From Amoebophrya sp. A120 (taxonomy: Eukaryota; Protista; Dinoflagellata): a stretch of 64,000 bases of DNA. Below the pieces are notes generated by a model. It was not told the origin of the DNA. It made no database searches and worked only from the letters and a program-made list of their open reading frames with translations. Position 1 is the first letter of the stretch. Each line of letters starts with the position of its first letter. Below are positions 35,420 to 48,797 of this stretch, in pieces. A program made the position numbers and the translations under genes. Where the stretch lies: contig CAJINV010000003.1 of the NCBI GenBank assembly GCA_905178155.1, positions 2,561,065 to 2,625,064 on the forward strand. The letters run 5' to 3'.

Positions 35420-36448
35420 TCTTTCCGAAAAGCGCAGTGCTGATTTTTAATGAAATGCGTGAGGGATTTAAACAAGAATGCGTCGGCTTGCTGTGCTTGG
35501 AAATCCTGCCTGCGACCCAATGATGAAACAAAACATTTGCTGCATTGTGTTGTATTGCGTTGCTTTTCAACGAAACAGAAAACGCAACATGATCGTCATC
35601 ATTTATCCTGCACCGAGGGAGGACATTCGTGCGGAGGAGATGGTGTTAGAGTTCGCGGACTACGTCGTTGGACCTTCGCGATTTCAAGCATCGCGTAAGA
35701 TGTCGTGCTTCCATAGATCAAAACTTACGAATCTTCCACAAACTTGCAACAAAAAAACTGCGAGAGCATGATCAGATTGACGCATTTCCATTTGCGCACC
35801 ACACACAAATTACGGCTGCATTTCAGCGTTGCGCGTCCTATATCGCGTTCGCGAAGACGCATTTTAGCCGTCTTTTCTTGTCGTACGCGGGACGATCCGG
35901 AATTCATTTGAGAGTGAGTTTATACATTTTCTTCTCGCTTGCAATCGAAACTTGACCCGTCCTGAATCCTTGTGTATCTGCCCGTAATATCTTGTCTTCG
36001 GCTTCGCTTTTTCATTTTTACTCGGTTGGAGCACACGAACATGTTTTTGGAACTGCAATTGTAAAGTAGAAAAGATTTAGGAGTGTTATGCAATTGAAAG
36101 TTATCTATCGAAAAGTCTTGTCCTTTGCTTCAGAATTAATATAAAGAGTTTGTCCTTGCAACCTTATCAAAAATCGAAACAAATCGTGCAAACAATCGAG
36201 TAAAGCCACCGTGCAGGATTTTCGGAAAACGTCAGTCGCTGATGGTGGTGCAATACTACAAAAATTCGAGAGCGGGGTCAGCAAAATCATTCAAAAGCCG
36301 ATGTGCAGGACGAGAAGGAAGACAACGCTCTCAGAAAAACAAAATAGTACAGTTGTCTAGTGCGGTGAAACAATTTTGTGTCGAGTCGTAAGTTCAATAA
36401 TCTTTCCGTATATTCTTAGAAGAAGCAGTGAGAACCGTCACACGAACT

Positions 36449-39111
36449 TCACTCCTCCGCAGCCAGGATTTCCAGGGCCTCCTGCAGACCAGCGATTTCC
36501 TCCTCCCGGCGCTTCTTGCGTTCCTCGTAGCTCATGGCCTTGTTGGCGCACTCCTCCTTCTTGTTCTTCAGGAACCCGGTGGCGGCCTCCCAGGCCTTGG
36601 TGGCGTTTGCCAGGTCGTCGTCAATCTGCGCGATCATCACCTTCAACGTAGCCTTCTCCGCGGTCTTGCCGTCGACCAGGGCCTTCTTCTTGGCGAGGGA
36701 AACCTTGGCGTCCTGCATGTCCTTGTCGTAGTCGGTCTGCGCGGTCTCCTCCGCAGACTCGGTCTCCTGCCGGATCTTCTGGTAGTCCTCCTGGGCCTGT
36801 TGCAGGATCGCAATGATCGTGTTCGCGGCGTCGGATTGCGGCTGCTGGAGGAAGCTGGTCGTGCTGCCGTAGAACTCGTTCAGCGTGGACACGGCACCGT
36901 TGATCGCCTCGATGGCCTCCTCGGCATCCTTGATCACTGCGGTGTTCTCCTTCTTGTCGTCCGTGCGCATCTTGGTCCAGGCGCGCATCTGGATGCCCAG
37001 GTCCTTGATCTCCTGTTCAAGCTCGCCGATCTCGACGGTCAGCTGCTGGCTCTTAGCGGTGGATGCGTCGCTATGCATCGCAAATCATGTGTCTGGGTCT
37101 GAAAGGAGGGGAAACAATCTGATCTCTATTCTGTGTAGGAAGCAAAAGCTGTTCACTTTCAACGGCGCTGTAGAGAACAAGATGTTCTTTCCAGAGAATC
37201 AATCACCTTCTCGACAGAAATGCAGAGGGATATTTCTCGGAACAAGCATTATCTGTGCTTGATGTTCTTTCAAGACCCAGACATAGTTGCACATTTGGTA
37301 GTCGAGCCGGGTCTGGTACTTCTTCATTTGCTGCGTCTTGATCTTGACGTCGCGCGTGCCCTGCTCGATGTCCGCTTTGCACTTGGCTTCCTTGGACGCT
37401 TCCGCAGCGGCCGACTCCTCGAGCTTCATGATCATGTCCTTGATCATGCCGCGGACCTTCACAAAGGGGTCCTCCTGAGCGGAGGAAGCCGCCTGCAGCA
37501 GGCCGAAGTTGTTGAACTTGTGGCCCAGCTTGCGCAACAGGGCGGACGCCTTCTCCCGCTGCTCAAAGTTCTTGGCGTGGAAACGCTTGGTGCCGGTCTG
37601 CAACAACGAGAACTTGCCCGACAAAATGTCGACCGCCTGGGCGAGCGTGGCGATCTCCTCTTCAGCCGAAGCCTTGCGGGCGGTCCACGCGTCAGCGGCT
37701 TTGTGGCAGTCGGACTGCCGTGTTTGTGTGATTGAATGGAAATCTATTTTCTGGCTTTTCCTGCACGCACCCGGGAGTGCGTACTAGCTTGACATCGGCA
37801 CCATTCAGAGCAATGTACAACTCACGCAGGTTATCTAACTTCGCAAATACAGGTGGACATTTAAAATAAAGCTGAGACAATAATACTTTGGTGTCTGCGA
37901 GCTGCGTCTTATCGGCTTCCAGGGCGTCCTTGGTGGCAGCGAGGTCGGCACCTGCCTTGCCGGCGGCCTCCGCGGCGTCGGCCTGGTTCTGCTTCGCAGC
38001 GGCGAGCATGTCCTCCTTCGTCGAGATTTGGTTGCTCAAGTCCTGGACCAGCAGCTCGTACGAGTGCTTCGAATCCATCTCCTTCGCGCGCAGCTTCGTC
38101 AGGTTCTCCGAGGTTTTTTCCTGCACAGAATGAGAGTTATAACGATGAGACCGTGATTCAGTACGGCTCGGAAATAAAGGGTAAGGGTCGTACCCGTAGT
38201 CTTGCAAACAAAACGCAGATCAAGACCATAAAGTGATTGATGTACCTGAAGATCCTCGATAGCGTCCAGGATACCTCCGGACTTAGATTCGTAGGCCGAG
38301 ACGATCGCCTGCGGTTGCTTGAGTGACAACCCGTCGTCCGCCTCGAGGAAAGCCTTGATTTTGTCGGTCGACTTGTTGTCGATCCACGCCGCGGAGACTA
38401 CAGCGGACAGAGCCTCTACAACCTTCTTCACCTGAGAGGTAAAACGCGTTTTTTAGTAAGGGGACACAGGGAAGTTACTATTTCTGAGACTTGCTTTCTC
38501 TGTCCCGCGTTTACGTATATCATGTACCAGAATATGAGTTCATCCATCATGTTCCTCTTTGTCGTGATCATCATGTACTCATCCCAATCTAAAAGCAGTA
38601 CCTTCGCAGTTTCAGCACTGGAGCCCTGCAAGAATGCGGTCCCGGTGAGAGAGCGCTTCAGCACGGAGTACGCCTGCGTGAGCATGGTGGAAGCCTCAAC
38701 AAGCTCTGACTCTTCGGCCTGGAAGGTTTTGGACTCGTCCGCCCTTACGAGACCAGCAGTTTTCTTTTCGTCCTGCAGCTTGGCAATCTGGGGCCCGAGC
38801 GTTGCTACGTCCACCGCGTACCCTTCGGCCTTCGCGGTCTCGCTCTCCTGCAGTGCGGCGAACTCATCTGCCTTTTCGCCACCGTACTTCACGTCCGCTT
38901 CCAGACCTGTGATGCTTGCAATGCACTCATCCGCGTACGCTTCGGCTTCCTTTGCACCAGCTGCGGTTTCCGTTTCGACTTTGGACTTCAGGCTCTGCAG
39001 CAACTGGATGACCCTGCCAACGCCGCTCGCCGGGCTCTCTGTTGACGCGGCTGCGACGGCGGTTGCGAGGCACAACACGGCCTTGCTCGTGTTAGACGAA
39101 AGCACCCGCAT
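36449..39111 (-). CDS. Secreted acidic coiled-coil protein (alveolate type, possibly trichocyst/secretory-granule matrix-like)
   Basis: Signal-like N-terminus; repeated (S/A)FLQ and GGILDAIEDL/NTIIAILQ motifs; GT-AG introns 38432-38601, 38121-38245 and 37715-37886 plus introner 37072-37300. Confidence 0.8.
37072..37300. mobile_element. Introner family A
   Basis: DR GTCGC/GTCGA; TRLD|ASTAK in frame on the minus strand. Confidence 0.88.
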
Positions 39112-39740
39112 GGTTACGCCGTACTATTTCCTCTAAATTTGACTTACGATCTACGTTCAGTGTGTGTGCAGTGTAAAACGAGGAATTGCGTGTGATCGCG
39201 GAAACAGCAACAGGCAAAAACCGAGTTTAGTCCTCAAGAAAACGTACCAGGGCTCCTTGTGATCTTCATCATGTCAACATCTCAACTACGCACGTACAAT
39301 CGGATGCGGACAAGCTACCGATTGAAAGACAACGACCTCACTTTTTAGATCAGTAAACAAAGATGGCGTCAGTAGCAAACGAAGGTGAACCCTAGACGTG
39401 AACAAAGACGTCAAAATGACTGCATTCGTGGAGAAGACGTCAAATGCAGCGCATGCAGTGGAAAGGACGACGAAACCAGCAGACGTCCCTTGGACAACGC
39501 GTTTCATTTCACAAGGAGTGTGTGTTTTTTATTTCTACTGTCTGGATAGTACAGAAAGAGAGGATGGATCCCACGACAAGCAACCGGCACTGCATGCGCT
39601 TGGATTTGTTTCAAACTTGAGCTTCAAGAGCGGCAATGTCATTTTGTTTTTCCGCGTGCCTACACGGCTGAAGCAGTGAAGTGGCCAAGATACACAAGGA
39701 TTTCGCTGGACGCGTCCCGAGCGGAACAGGGCGTGGAGGT

Positions 39741-41191
39741 TTACAGGAAACTCGCTGAACGAAGTTTGTAACTATGGTTCATTCGTTGATCACGCGGTCT
39801 TGCTGTACACAGCCACAAACCTTCTGCGCTATTCGACCCCGCGTCGCTCGTTTGGGTTCCGGTGGACCCCGTAATTGCAGGCAGCAGGGCCGCTAGCTCT
39901 GGGTGTGGTGCTTGCAGCATGACGACCCTCTCGTCGGTCAGGCCATACCGAGGCGTCCGGCCCTGGACCTCCCCCACGTGGTTCGCATCGATTTCGACCC
40001 CGCCCGGGTGGATGCAGGAGTACGCCATGATCTTGCGAATCACGGAAAACGCCATCACCGCCATTCCGGTCGCACGGAAGTACTTCTGCAGATTTTTGAT
40101 GCTGCACGGTTCATACGAGTTCTCGTCGCAGGGCTCCACGAACTTGCCTCCCTTTTTTGGTCCCTCTCCTGCGTCCATTATCTCCGTGGCTACCGGGCCG
40201 ATGACTTCGAACATCGCCAGAACTGCAAGGATCTTGCCCATGAGTTTCACTAGTGGTATCGTCGGAAAAATGTTGAGGCTTCGCACAAGGTTTGTTTCTC
40301 TTGCCGCACGTATTACGTGTAAATTTTGCATGCATGCTGCACAGGATCCACTACCACGTTTGACTCTTTTCCGCCTTAAGATTTCACGCAGTACCTGATC
40401 ACAACACATGTGGGTCGTGTCGGCTTTCGTGTGCGATCGCTGTGCCGTCGCTGGATGTCGAACAATACATGTTCTTCAAGAACAATGGGAAGTACCAACC
40501 TTGTTACAGTGACAAACATACAAACACAGATGCCTTTGACTCAAAATCTTCCGGACGTAAGAGACCAGGTCGGCTGCGTTGCCGTTTTCGTCAATATCGC
40601 ATTTGGGTCGCGGAATCGGCAGAGCGAATGCTTCATCTTCTCGAACAATCCCTCTGGCTTCGCGACCGGAATGTCGATTTGGCACTTCGCGTCGCCTTCG
40701 CCATTTTCGGCCCCCGGAGCTAGACAGCAGGACACCATCATGTTTGAGCTCTGCACCCAGTAGTGGACCTTTTGCGGACAGTTCGTGGCCATGATCTTCA
40801 GGTTGTTCACCATGTGCTTGTGCTTAAAAGCATTCCGGTACCGCGCACAGAGGGCGGTGTGGCTCTCCCGTGCGTCTTCGTCCACCACACGATAGTCCAA
40901 TCCGTAAGGCTCTTCTCCTGTGCAGTCCAACAAAAAGCTGGTGTGAGCAGGACGTCCACGGGGCCCTCCTCTTGGGCGTGCGCGTGCCGCTGTGGAAAAA
41001 TGAACACTGTCGTGCGATGAACCTAAATTCGTCACTCGACTGGGCGGGGTTGCAACGTTTGTCCCGATGCCAGCAAACTTCAGAAGCTGCTGCGAGACAT
41101 TGTACAGCTGCGATGTGCTGCTGTTGCTGTCGTGCTGATCCCGAGTGCCGTCGAAAAAACCAATCGGTGGGACATACCCGAGGACAGGCAT
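39741..41191 (-). CDS. Hypothetical protein, 2 exons
   Basis: ORFs 40541-41191 and 39741-40409 join in frame (TWSL|VKLMGK) after removing 40257-40559. Confidence 0.65.
40257..40559. mobile_element. Introner, singleton family I
   Basis: TIR TATCGTCGGAAAAATGTTGAG vs TACGTCCGGAAGATTTTGAG; degenerate DR AGTGG/AGAGA; frame restored. Confidence 0.72.
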
Positions 41192-42665
41192 TGTTTTGAA
41201 TTCAAAAAACGGACGTGCGTCCCGCGTTCTTGTAGTTGTACTTAATAAGAAAAAGTATCGGTTAACGACTTCTGAATCTGAAAAATAGATACTTCTCCTA
41301 CGTTTCCATTGCTAGTCCGTACTTCATGAGAGTCCGTCTTCATGCGAGAATCCTCCACTCATACTTGACGAGTGCAAATGTTTCATCCGTGGAACGGCAC
41401 GAGGAAATAATTCACTCACGAAGGGTCCCCCACTCTCATGCGTCGTACCAAAGCGGCTTTATTCACCGCACGAGGATTTTTATCTAAGCCTCGACATATG
41501 CACGATATACCCGAAAAGCAACGACAGACATCTCGAAGGCAATTAAGGTACGAAGTTTGTATGACTAGGCAGCAGGGTTTCGAATTCGATCGTGTTGCTT
41601 AGCCCGCTACGATGCAGGCGTAACCGTCGACATGTCAATTCCAAATCACGCACTTGATCTGGACCTGCGCCGTAGTTTCACACAGGTGACGCTGTTCGTC
41701 AAAGAACTAACCCAGAACTGCGAGGGATGTGCTTTTACCTTCAACTTTTCGACCGCTGTACTCCCTGTGTTCTCTTCTCATTCCAAATTCGATTTCGGCA
41801 CGGGTTCACGAAAAAAATTCAATTCATACATGTGTGTATGGAAAAGGAAAATCCAATTCGAGAAAAACCGATGAAGATCGATATTCTCTATGTCACTGTT
41901 CCAAAGCTTTCGATCGGAAAGTGTCATGTCGGATCCATCTGCGCTTCCGATCGTCGCACAGAAAATGCTGTGTGTCCACCCATGCTAGGGGCGTCGCGGA
42001 GCGGGTGCGTCATGTTCCGCATGGCTGGAGGGATTCGTTGCGAAAACATGCAGACGGAAGGTTCCGACGGGCACAAGACCAAAACTAAAAGTCAAGGTGG
42101 TGCGCTCGCATTCCCTTGCTAGCAGCTAGGGTCCCTCGTACTGACACCTCCGATCATGCAGGCCGCGGTAAAAACGCAACCGACTTGCGATGTGGGTGCA
42201 GCGATGCCCACTTCTTGTTGCGGGGTGGCTATGAAGTGAGATCGCCTGCTCCGAAGAACCTCGTGCACCCGCACATGATGATTGCGAAATTCGAAGAACA
42301 CCGGTTTTCTTGTCGATCGCCCAGTGTCACGAAAAATGGAAGCGTCGAGGAGATGAAACATGGGGATCCGGGCGCGGCGTGGAATCGGTGAGTTACAATC
42401 TTCATCATCATCTTGCTAGCAAGGTGTAGGACTGCTAGAGGTCGTTCCTGTTCGTGCAGAAGCATGTGAACAACGTGGTGAACGATGATGCGCCACCGAT
42501 TACTTATGTTGTGCTCATGCAGCTAGGGACGAGAGGGAGAGCCATCTTCCCCGTAGATTTCGGTTCTCATCGTCATCTGCACGAATGAGCAAAATCATCA
42601 TGTGTGGTCGGGGAAGAGGAAGTACCGTTGCAGGAGCTACATTTACAGAGTTTTTCGCCCGGTGG

Positions 42666-45610
42666 TCAAGGCGGAGGTGCTGGGTTACCGCCGGGTGGTC
42701 CTAGCAGCGGCACCGCGCCGGGGAAATTTGGATTGTTTCCCTGGAGGTTCCCATTCAGCTGCCCGGCGAGGCCAAGGTTGCCGGTGGGGATGCGTGGCGG
42801 CACCACTATTTGTTGGCCTCCCAGATGGTGCAGTTGCATGGCGGCGGAGCGCTGTATGGGACTCTCAAGCGTTACATTCTCAACTGTTACATGATTTGCC
42901 ATGCAAATTTACCAGCAAGATCGTCAGGATTAAGCTGCTTCGCATGACAAATCTCCGAAGGGCTAAAAAGCATCTAAATCTGCGCCAAATCTGTAATGCA
43001 GAAGGCGCAATCTCCCCCCTTTCACTTTTGTCGTTCTTGCATTACAAATTCATGTAGCAGTTGAGAATGTAACTAAATTTGAGAACGCCATACGCTGCGC
43101 CGCCTCTTCCACGGGCTCGTCCTCCCGGGGGATGGCGCCGATGCACGTGGGCATATCAGAAGGAAAAAAGCCCCCTCCCCATATCGAAACGAAATTTCTG
43201 ATGCTGGATTTGGGTACACAGATCTGATTTGTCTTGCTGGAGAGGACTGCAGACCCACACATCACGCCTGAGCAGAGAGGCTCTGACCTAGGCGCTTAGC
43301 ATGAAAAACGTCCGCGCTGTATGCCCAACAGCATGACAAACAGCCTGCATATTGCGGCGGATCCGGTGGAATTGCCGTCTTGCAAGACAGACGCGATTTG
43401 TGGTCCCAAATCAGCAACACAAATTTTCGAAAACCTACCTCGTCAATATGGGGAGGGGGGATTTTTCCTTGCGATAGGGCACGGCAAAGCCTTGCGGGCC
43501 GGGCATGGGTATGCTGATGCCGAAGCCGCTGGTGTTGTTTGGCCGCCCCGTGAACGGGTTTATGCCCGTGGTCGCGTTGAAGTAGTCCTCGGACTTCATG
43601 TTCGCGTCCAGCATTTTCATCTTCTTCTTGGGCGTTGGCATCTGGGCGGACACACCTCCGTACCGCTCCTGGCAGAACCGCTCATCGCGCATCACCGCTT
43701 GCAGAAATTTGTGGTTGCGGACCCCGTCTAGCGGCAACCTGAGAAGCAGAGAAACCAGAAAGAGAAACGGCAAATGAAAAACAACATGTGTGTTCGCCTC
43801 TAGGTGGGCGAGAAACTGTCTGGGCACTGAAAATGAAAAACAAATCTAAAACCTAAAATGTTCGTCTTCGTGCTATGCGTATGCATGCATAAGTAAGCTG
43901 ATTTGTTGTCACGGTCTCGAAATTGCCATCTGCGTGTCGCTAGAATCGGTATCGGTCATCGTGCATGCTATTGCAAAAAGGCAATACTGATGTACGACGG
44001 GAACAAACTCAATGCGGCAGTAAGACACAATGGCAGCACTCAGAAAATTGCTTTTGCATGAGCACCACAGAACTGATCGACCCCGACTTGCCCGTGCGTT
44101 GTTTTTCTTTTTTCTTCGAGTCAGTTTCGAATTGAATACGTAGAGGTACAACTACATTACCTCTTCTTGGGATCCTTCTCCAGCATAGCAAGGATGAGAT
44201 CGCGCGCGTCACGGCTGACGTCGTCCAGGAACTCGGGGACTCGGTACTTGATTTTTCGGTACGTTTCCTGCGCGTCGCGGCTCTCGAAGGGCGCTTTCCC
44301 ATTGATGAACTCGTACAGCAAGATCCCCAGGGCCCACGTGTCCACGTCCTTTCCGTAGGTAGTCTCATTTACCTGGTTCAAGAATTATAACTATTTAATA
44401 TAGGTTGCACAAGACAACTGCAACTCACTACATTAGTTTCAGAATCAGTAGGGGCTAGGAGTCGACGTGCACGTCGTGCACGGGTAAAAAAATCAGCACG
44501 TGAGGGTGATTTCTGCTGTGCACGTAAAACAGCCACAGTGGTCCACGTAGTAAGTACCATCTCTGGTGGAAGGTAGTCGAGCGTCCCGCAGAAGGTGGTT
44601 CGCTTTTGCTGCGGGCCTCCGAGATGCACCGACCAACCAAAGTCGCTCATTTTCAAAGTGTCTCGCAGGCCCAGAAGAATGTTCTCGGGTTTTATGTCGC
44701 GATGGATGATGTTCTTGCAGTGAACGTAGTGTATGGCGTGCACCATCTGGGACAGATACCAGGCGGCACGGGCTTCGGAAAACCGGCCACGCTTCTGCAA
44801 CAACTCAAAAAGCTCGCCTCCTGGGGCGAGCTCGAGTATGAGGTATATTCGATTGGTGTCGTGAAACCAGTTGTACCTCGATATGGGTTTTGCATTGATC
44901 AGTGAAAGTAGAATTTTAAGTTGCAAACGGCGGTCAAGAGATGAGGATGTTACGTAGCAACAAGCAAAGTAGTGAGACAAGGATTTGCAGAGGCGTTGCG
45001 AGCAAGAGCAAATAGCTGCAACAAGAAAGCAAAAATATCCTTTCATACAAGCGCAGTATATTTGGGTGTCGGAGGTGAGACTGGATTTCGATTTCGCGCT
45101 GCAGTTGCTTCTCCACACAGTGCTTGATCAGCTGCTTTTTTTGAAGAACCTTCAACGCGCATATGTACCTGAAGTTGAGAACGAGTATGAGAACAGATAA
45201 CGAGTATCCATTTATCTTTCTATCTAATATTCCATCGTCTGCAGAAGACGCAGGAGTTGGCTGTTCTTTCATCCAGCACGCACCTCGATGCTCGGTGCAG
45301 CGCTGTGTCCGCGAATAAAGATCACTCCTCCGAAGAATTACAAATGCGGTGTTCAGTAGTGGTAAAAGGGGGTCGGTCCCTAAGAAACCTACTGATTTTA
45401 GTACTTCGATTTCCTTTCGCGCGCGACGTAGATGGACCCGAATTTCCCCCGTCCGAGGTGCTTCCCGATTTCAAAGTCATCTTTTTCAAAAATCTGGTCC
45501 TTGACAAAGTTGGTAGCCAGATCTGCAGGTGTGTGTTCCGGCTCGGTGCCGCTCCCATACAGACCGCTCCCAGGCGATTGTGCTATCTTTCGCCGCTTCT
45601 TGACCTTCAT
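42666..45610 (-). CDS. Aurora-family Ser/Thr kinase with a C-terminal extension
   Basis: [88 protein letters not shown]; introns 45169-45404, 44877-45048, 44373-44557 and 43739-44160 plus 2 introners. Start codon uncertain. Confidence 0.92.
42855..43092. mobile_element. Introner family G (TATGGGAYTCTCAA..GTTACATTCTCAA)
   Basis: DR CGCTG/CGCTG; ~40-bp TIR; frame restored. Confidence 0.9.
43154..43476. mobile_element. Introner family D
   Basis: DR GGGCA/GGGCA; same + orientation as 10053 and 15444 but in a minus-strand gene. Confidence 0.92.
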
Positions 45611-46170
45611 CGACGTGTCGTGTCGTGTTTTCAGGATACAACGAACAAAGCTAAAGCATGAGCAGGACGCTACAGATACGTTACGTGGCATCTATTGTTG
45701 GGATGCAAACAAGAAACAATAACAAAGCCATGAAAATCAAGTGCCCCTGCCCGATGAGCGGACCTAAAAACATTTTGGAAAATTTTCAACACAGCGCACT
45801 AAAGTTCTTACAAGGAGGATTTTAACTATTTTATGTGCTCCAAGGGCGATTTTTTTATACCGATTCCATAATCGGGAGCTGGTCATCCTTGTTCCCGGTC
45901 GCCTGAACCTCCGCTGACTGCGACATGGATTCAATATGGTAAGTACAAGTAGTCGAAAAAGTTGGAAAACGCGATGGTTTAAAACTATCTTTCCGATGTT
46001 GTAGTAGTTCTTGTCGCGCTCGTTGCCCTGGCACACTGTGTTGGACGTGCGTCCAGCAGGAGGTTTACAGCCGTGAATGTGCCAGAGACGAGTAAGTACT
46101 TCTGGATGCAGTTGTTCCTGACCCGGGTGCTGCAGCCTCACTGATCAGTGCGTCCGTTCCTTTTCTTGTT

Positions 46171-46430
46171 TATCCCACAGAAAATGAAAAGCACATCCAT
46201 ACGAACAGAAAAATTCAATAAGTTACAATTTTCTCATCTTTGCAATGCTGATCCGCAAGCAAGGCAAGAGAATCGAATGCGGTTGCGGAGTAGCATGATA
46301 TCGAATGATGTACCGAGAAAAAATGTCATGTTGGGCAACCAGGAAGGGTTTTTACTTTTTGCGACACAAGGACAGCATGAGAATTTTTTTTTCTTCCAGT
46401 ATGGATGTGCTTTTCGTTTTCTGTAGGATA
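46171..46430. mobile_element. Family C-like TIR element with no assigned host ORF
   Basis: TIR TATCCCACAGAAAATGAAAAGCACATCCATAC matches 30/32; DR TTGTT/CTGAT. Confidence 0.82.
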
Positions 46431-48797
46431 CTGATGATCTTGCTCTTGCGAGGACAATCCGTTATAGCTGATCTGGCGTGGTGGTGGTCTTCGTCTTGGT
46501 CACAAGTTTTCTCAATTGATGGCGCCCTTGTGTAGAAGCAGCTTCCCTACCGCGGACCTCAACCGCGTCTATACGGGACCTTCGCCTGGTCCGCAATTTG
46601 GGTCGGCAATTGGCGATATCCTACGTCGCCGTGAAGTCCTGATCAACGTCGAAGGGACGTCGATAAATCACAGGACCAGAAGGTTTCCAGACGAACGCTA
46701 ACGCGAACCCACACTGAAAAACCTTGACCGTCTTCACACTCCGTGAAATGGAAGAGGTTGGAAACCGAGCGGATGTTCTTCAGGTTGTGTCATCCAAAAC
46801 TGTCGCTTCCTTGCGGTTTGAGTCACTAATCGGCTTCATCTTCGTCTTGCTTTGTCGGTCTTCTTGCGAAACTCGTACCAAAAGCAAGGAAACAGAAGAG
46901 GTCACATCGATTAATATTGTTCAGGGGAGTATGTAATTTGGTTTCGCTATGATGAAAATGGAAAGGTCGACGGAAACTAGAAAAACGAAACAGGAAATAT
47001 GGATGTAACATATGTAATCATCAGGCGAGTCTCAGTCTATGATTATGAAGCACCAGCACGCGCAATTCGAATTCAATATCTTCATTATGGTGCCACTTTC
47101 TGAACAAAGCGACACATACTGTCGTAAGTAGGCTCAATTTGATCGATAGCTTTCCATTTGGATTTGCGCTGTCGCCTGAGATAGAATACTTGCATTAATT
47201 TTCTCCTTTGCACAATTTTCATATTTCGCTTTCGCCCCTCGGTGTCTCGGTTATGGAAGCCACAATATCGATAAAGCACATCTTAACTACTGCAAAGCAA
47301 ATCTTCTACAATTAACTTTCGCACAGATACGGAAAAGCAAATGTCGTGCGCAGCTCGAGCTGCTTCCCTCAACAATGATCAAAATGGAGGCTCTGCATCT
47401 TTACCTTCGACCCAGAATGAAGGAGTACGTGGAAATTCAAGTTCTATGTAGCAGGCGCGGTCAATATCAATTTCTTCTGAGTGTCGATACGGAGACGGAG
47501 CTTGTCCCACTCCTGCATCAGAAGAGGACACACTGCAAATGCGACAAATATCTGCTAATGACCGACACACGGACATAAGCGAACATTCGACGAGGACACA
47601 GTACCTTGTCGATGTAGGAAAACTCCTGGTGCTGATAACAATCAAAGGCAAAGGCTATTATACACAATCTCGACCACGGGAGCTGATTCAAATTTAATTC
47701 CTGCATTTTTTGCAGCAGGATCTGCGAAGATGCACACACTGCTGCTGCTCATAGATTGATATATGCATAAAGGAAAAAGGAGGAGGAGGAAAACCCACAT
47801 AGTAAACTAGGCAGGACAAACCCTACATAGTAAACTTACTACGCTATTCATAAAAGAAAAAGAATTCAGGAAATGCATTGATTTTTAATTGTCGTGCTCG
47901 ATCGACAAAATTCAAATTGAAAAGAAAAACTCACCCGAAAATGATAAAGTCAATAATTGCAGGACATTTTCGTTTCGACAGACATTCTAGAAACAAGCGG
48001 TGCTGTTTTGACCATACTTTATCTTTTTTTGAAGGTTGGATGTCGCGACCAGAAGGCACAGGCATCGCAAGGCAAGAAACAAAACGATCGTGGTTAAAAC
48101 TTCGAAAGACGCCAACTCATTGTTTTTTGCATATTTATTTTTTTTGCATACTCTATTCTAATTCTACTTTATCATTGGTTCAGCCTTTTATTTTTAATCG
48201 ACATTTACTTGCGAGAATCTTGAGTCGGTCTGGCCGAGCGATTGATTCAGTACTGCCAATGAAGGAAAGGACAAAATTTTTTTCTCGACCTGGCGTCTTG
48301 GCCACTAGAAATGAAAAGAAACACTGAACCAAAAGTGAAACTATGCCTACAAGAACCGGCTGCGCCTCTTGTGCCCATGGGAGACGCATGCTATCCCGAC
48401 AAGATGTAGAAGCAGTATCTTACTGCACAATCACGAACTGTGGATGCATCGGATACTGGTAGAAGTTCAAGTTCTGTAGTACACCATGGAAACTGTAACT
48501 GATAGGTAGCAAGTATCACCACAGGTAAGCTCTACTTACTTCAACAAGACAGCAACGAAAACAAACGCGACTGGGCAACACGAGCGACGACGCGAGCTTC
48601 CAGTAACTGGGGCAAAAGTTGTTCGCAAAAGTGAGCAAAAGTGTAACAAAAGTCAGTTGTAGCTGACTGGTTACAGGTATACACAGAAAAGTAATACACA
48701 GAGCACCGAGGTGTTTCTGTTTTTTACTATCATCTTCGCAGTAGATGTTGGTCTTAATCCTATCGCCAACCCCAACGCGGTCCGTTAATACGAATTA

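Noticed and set aside
46700-47750. Possible additional minus-strand multi-exon gene
   Set aside because: Could not assemble a consistent frame or recognise a domain
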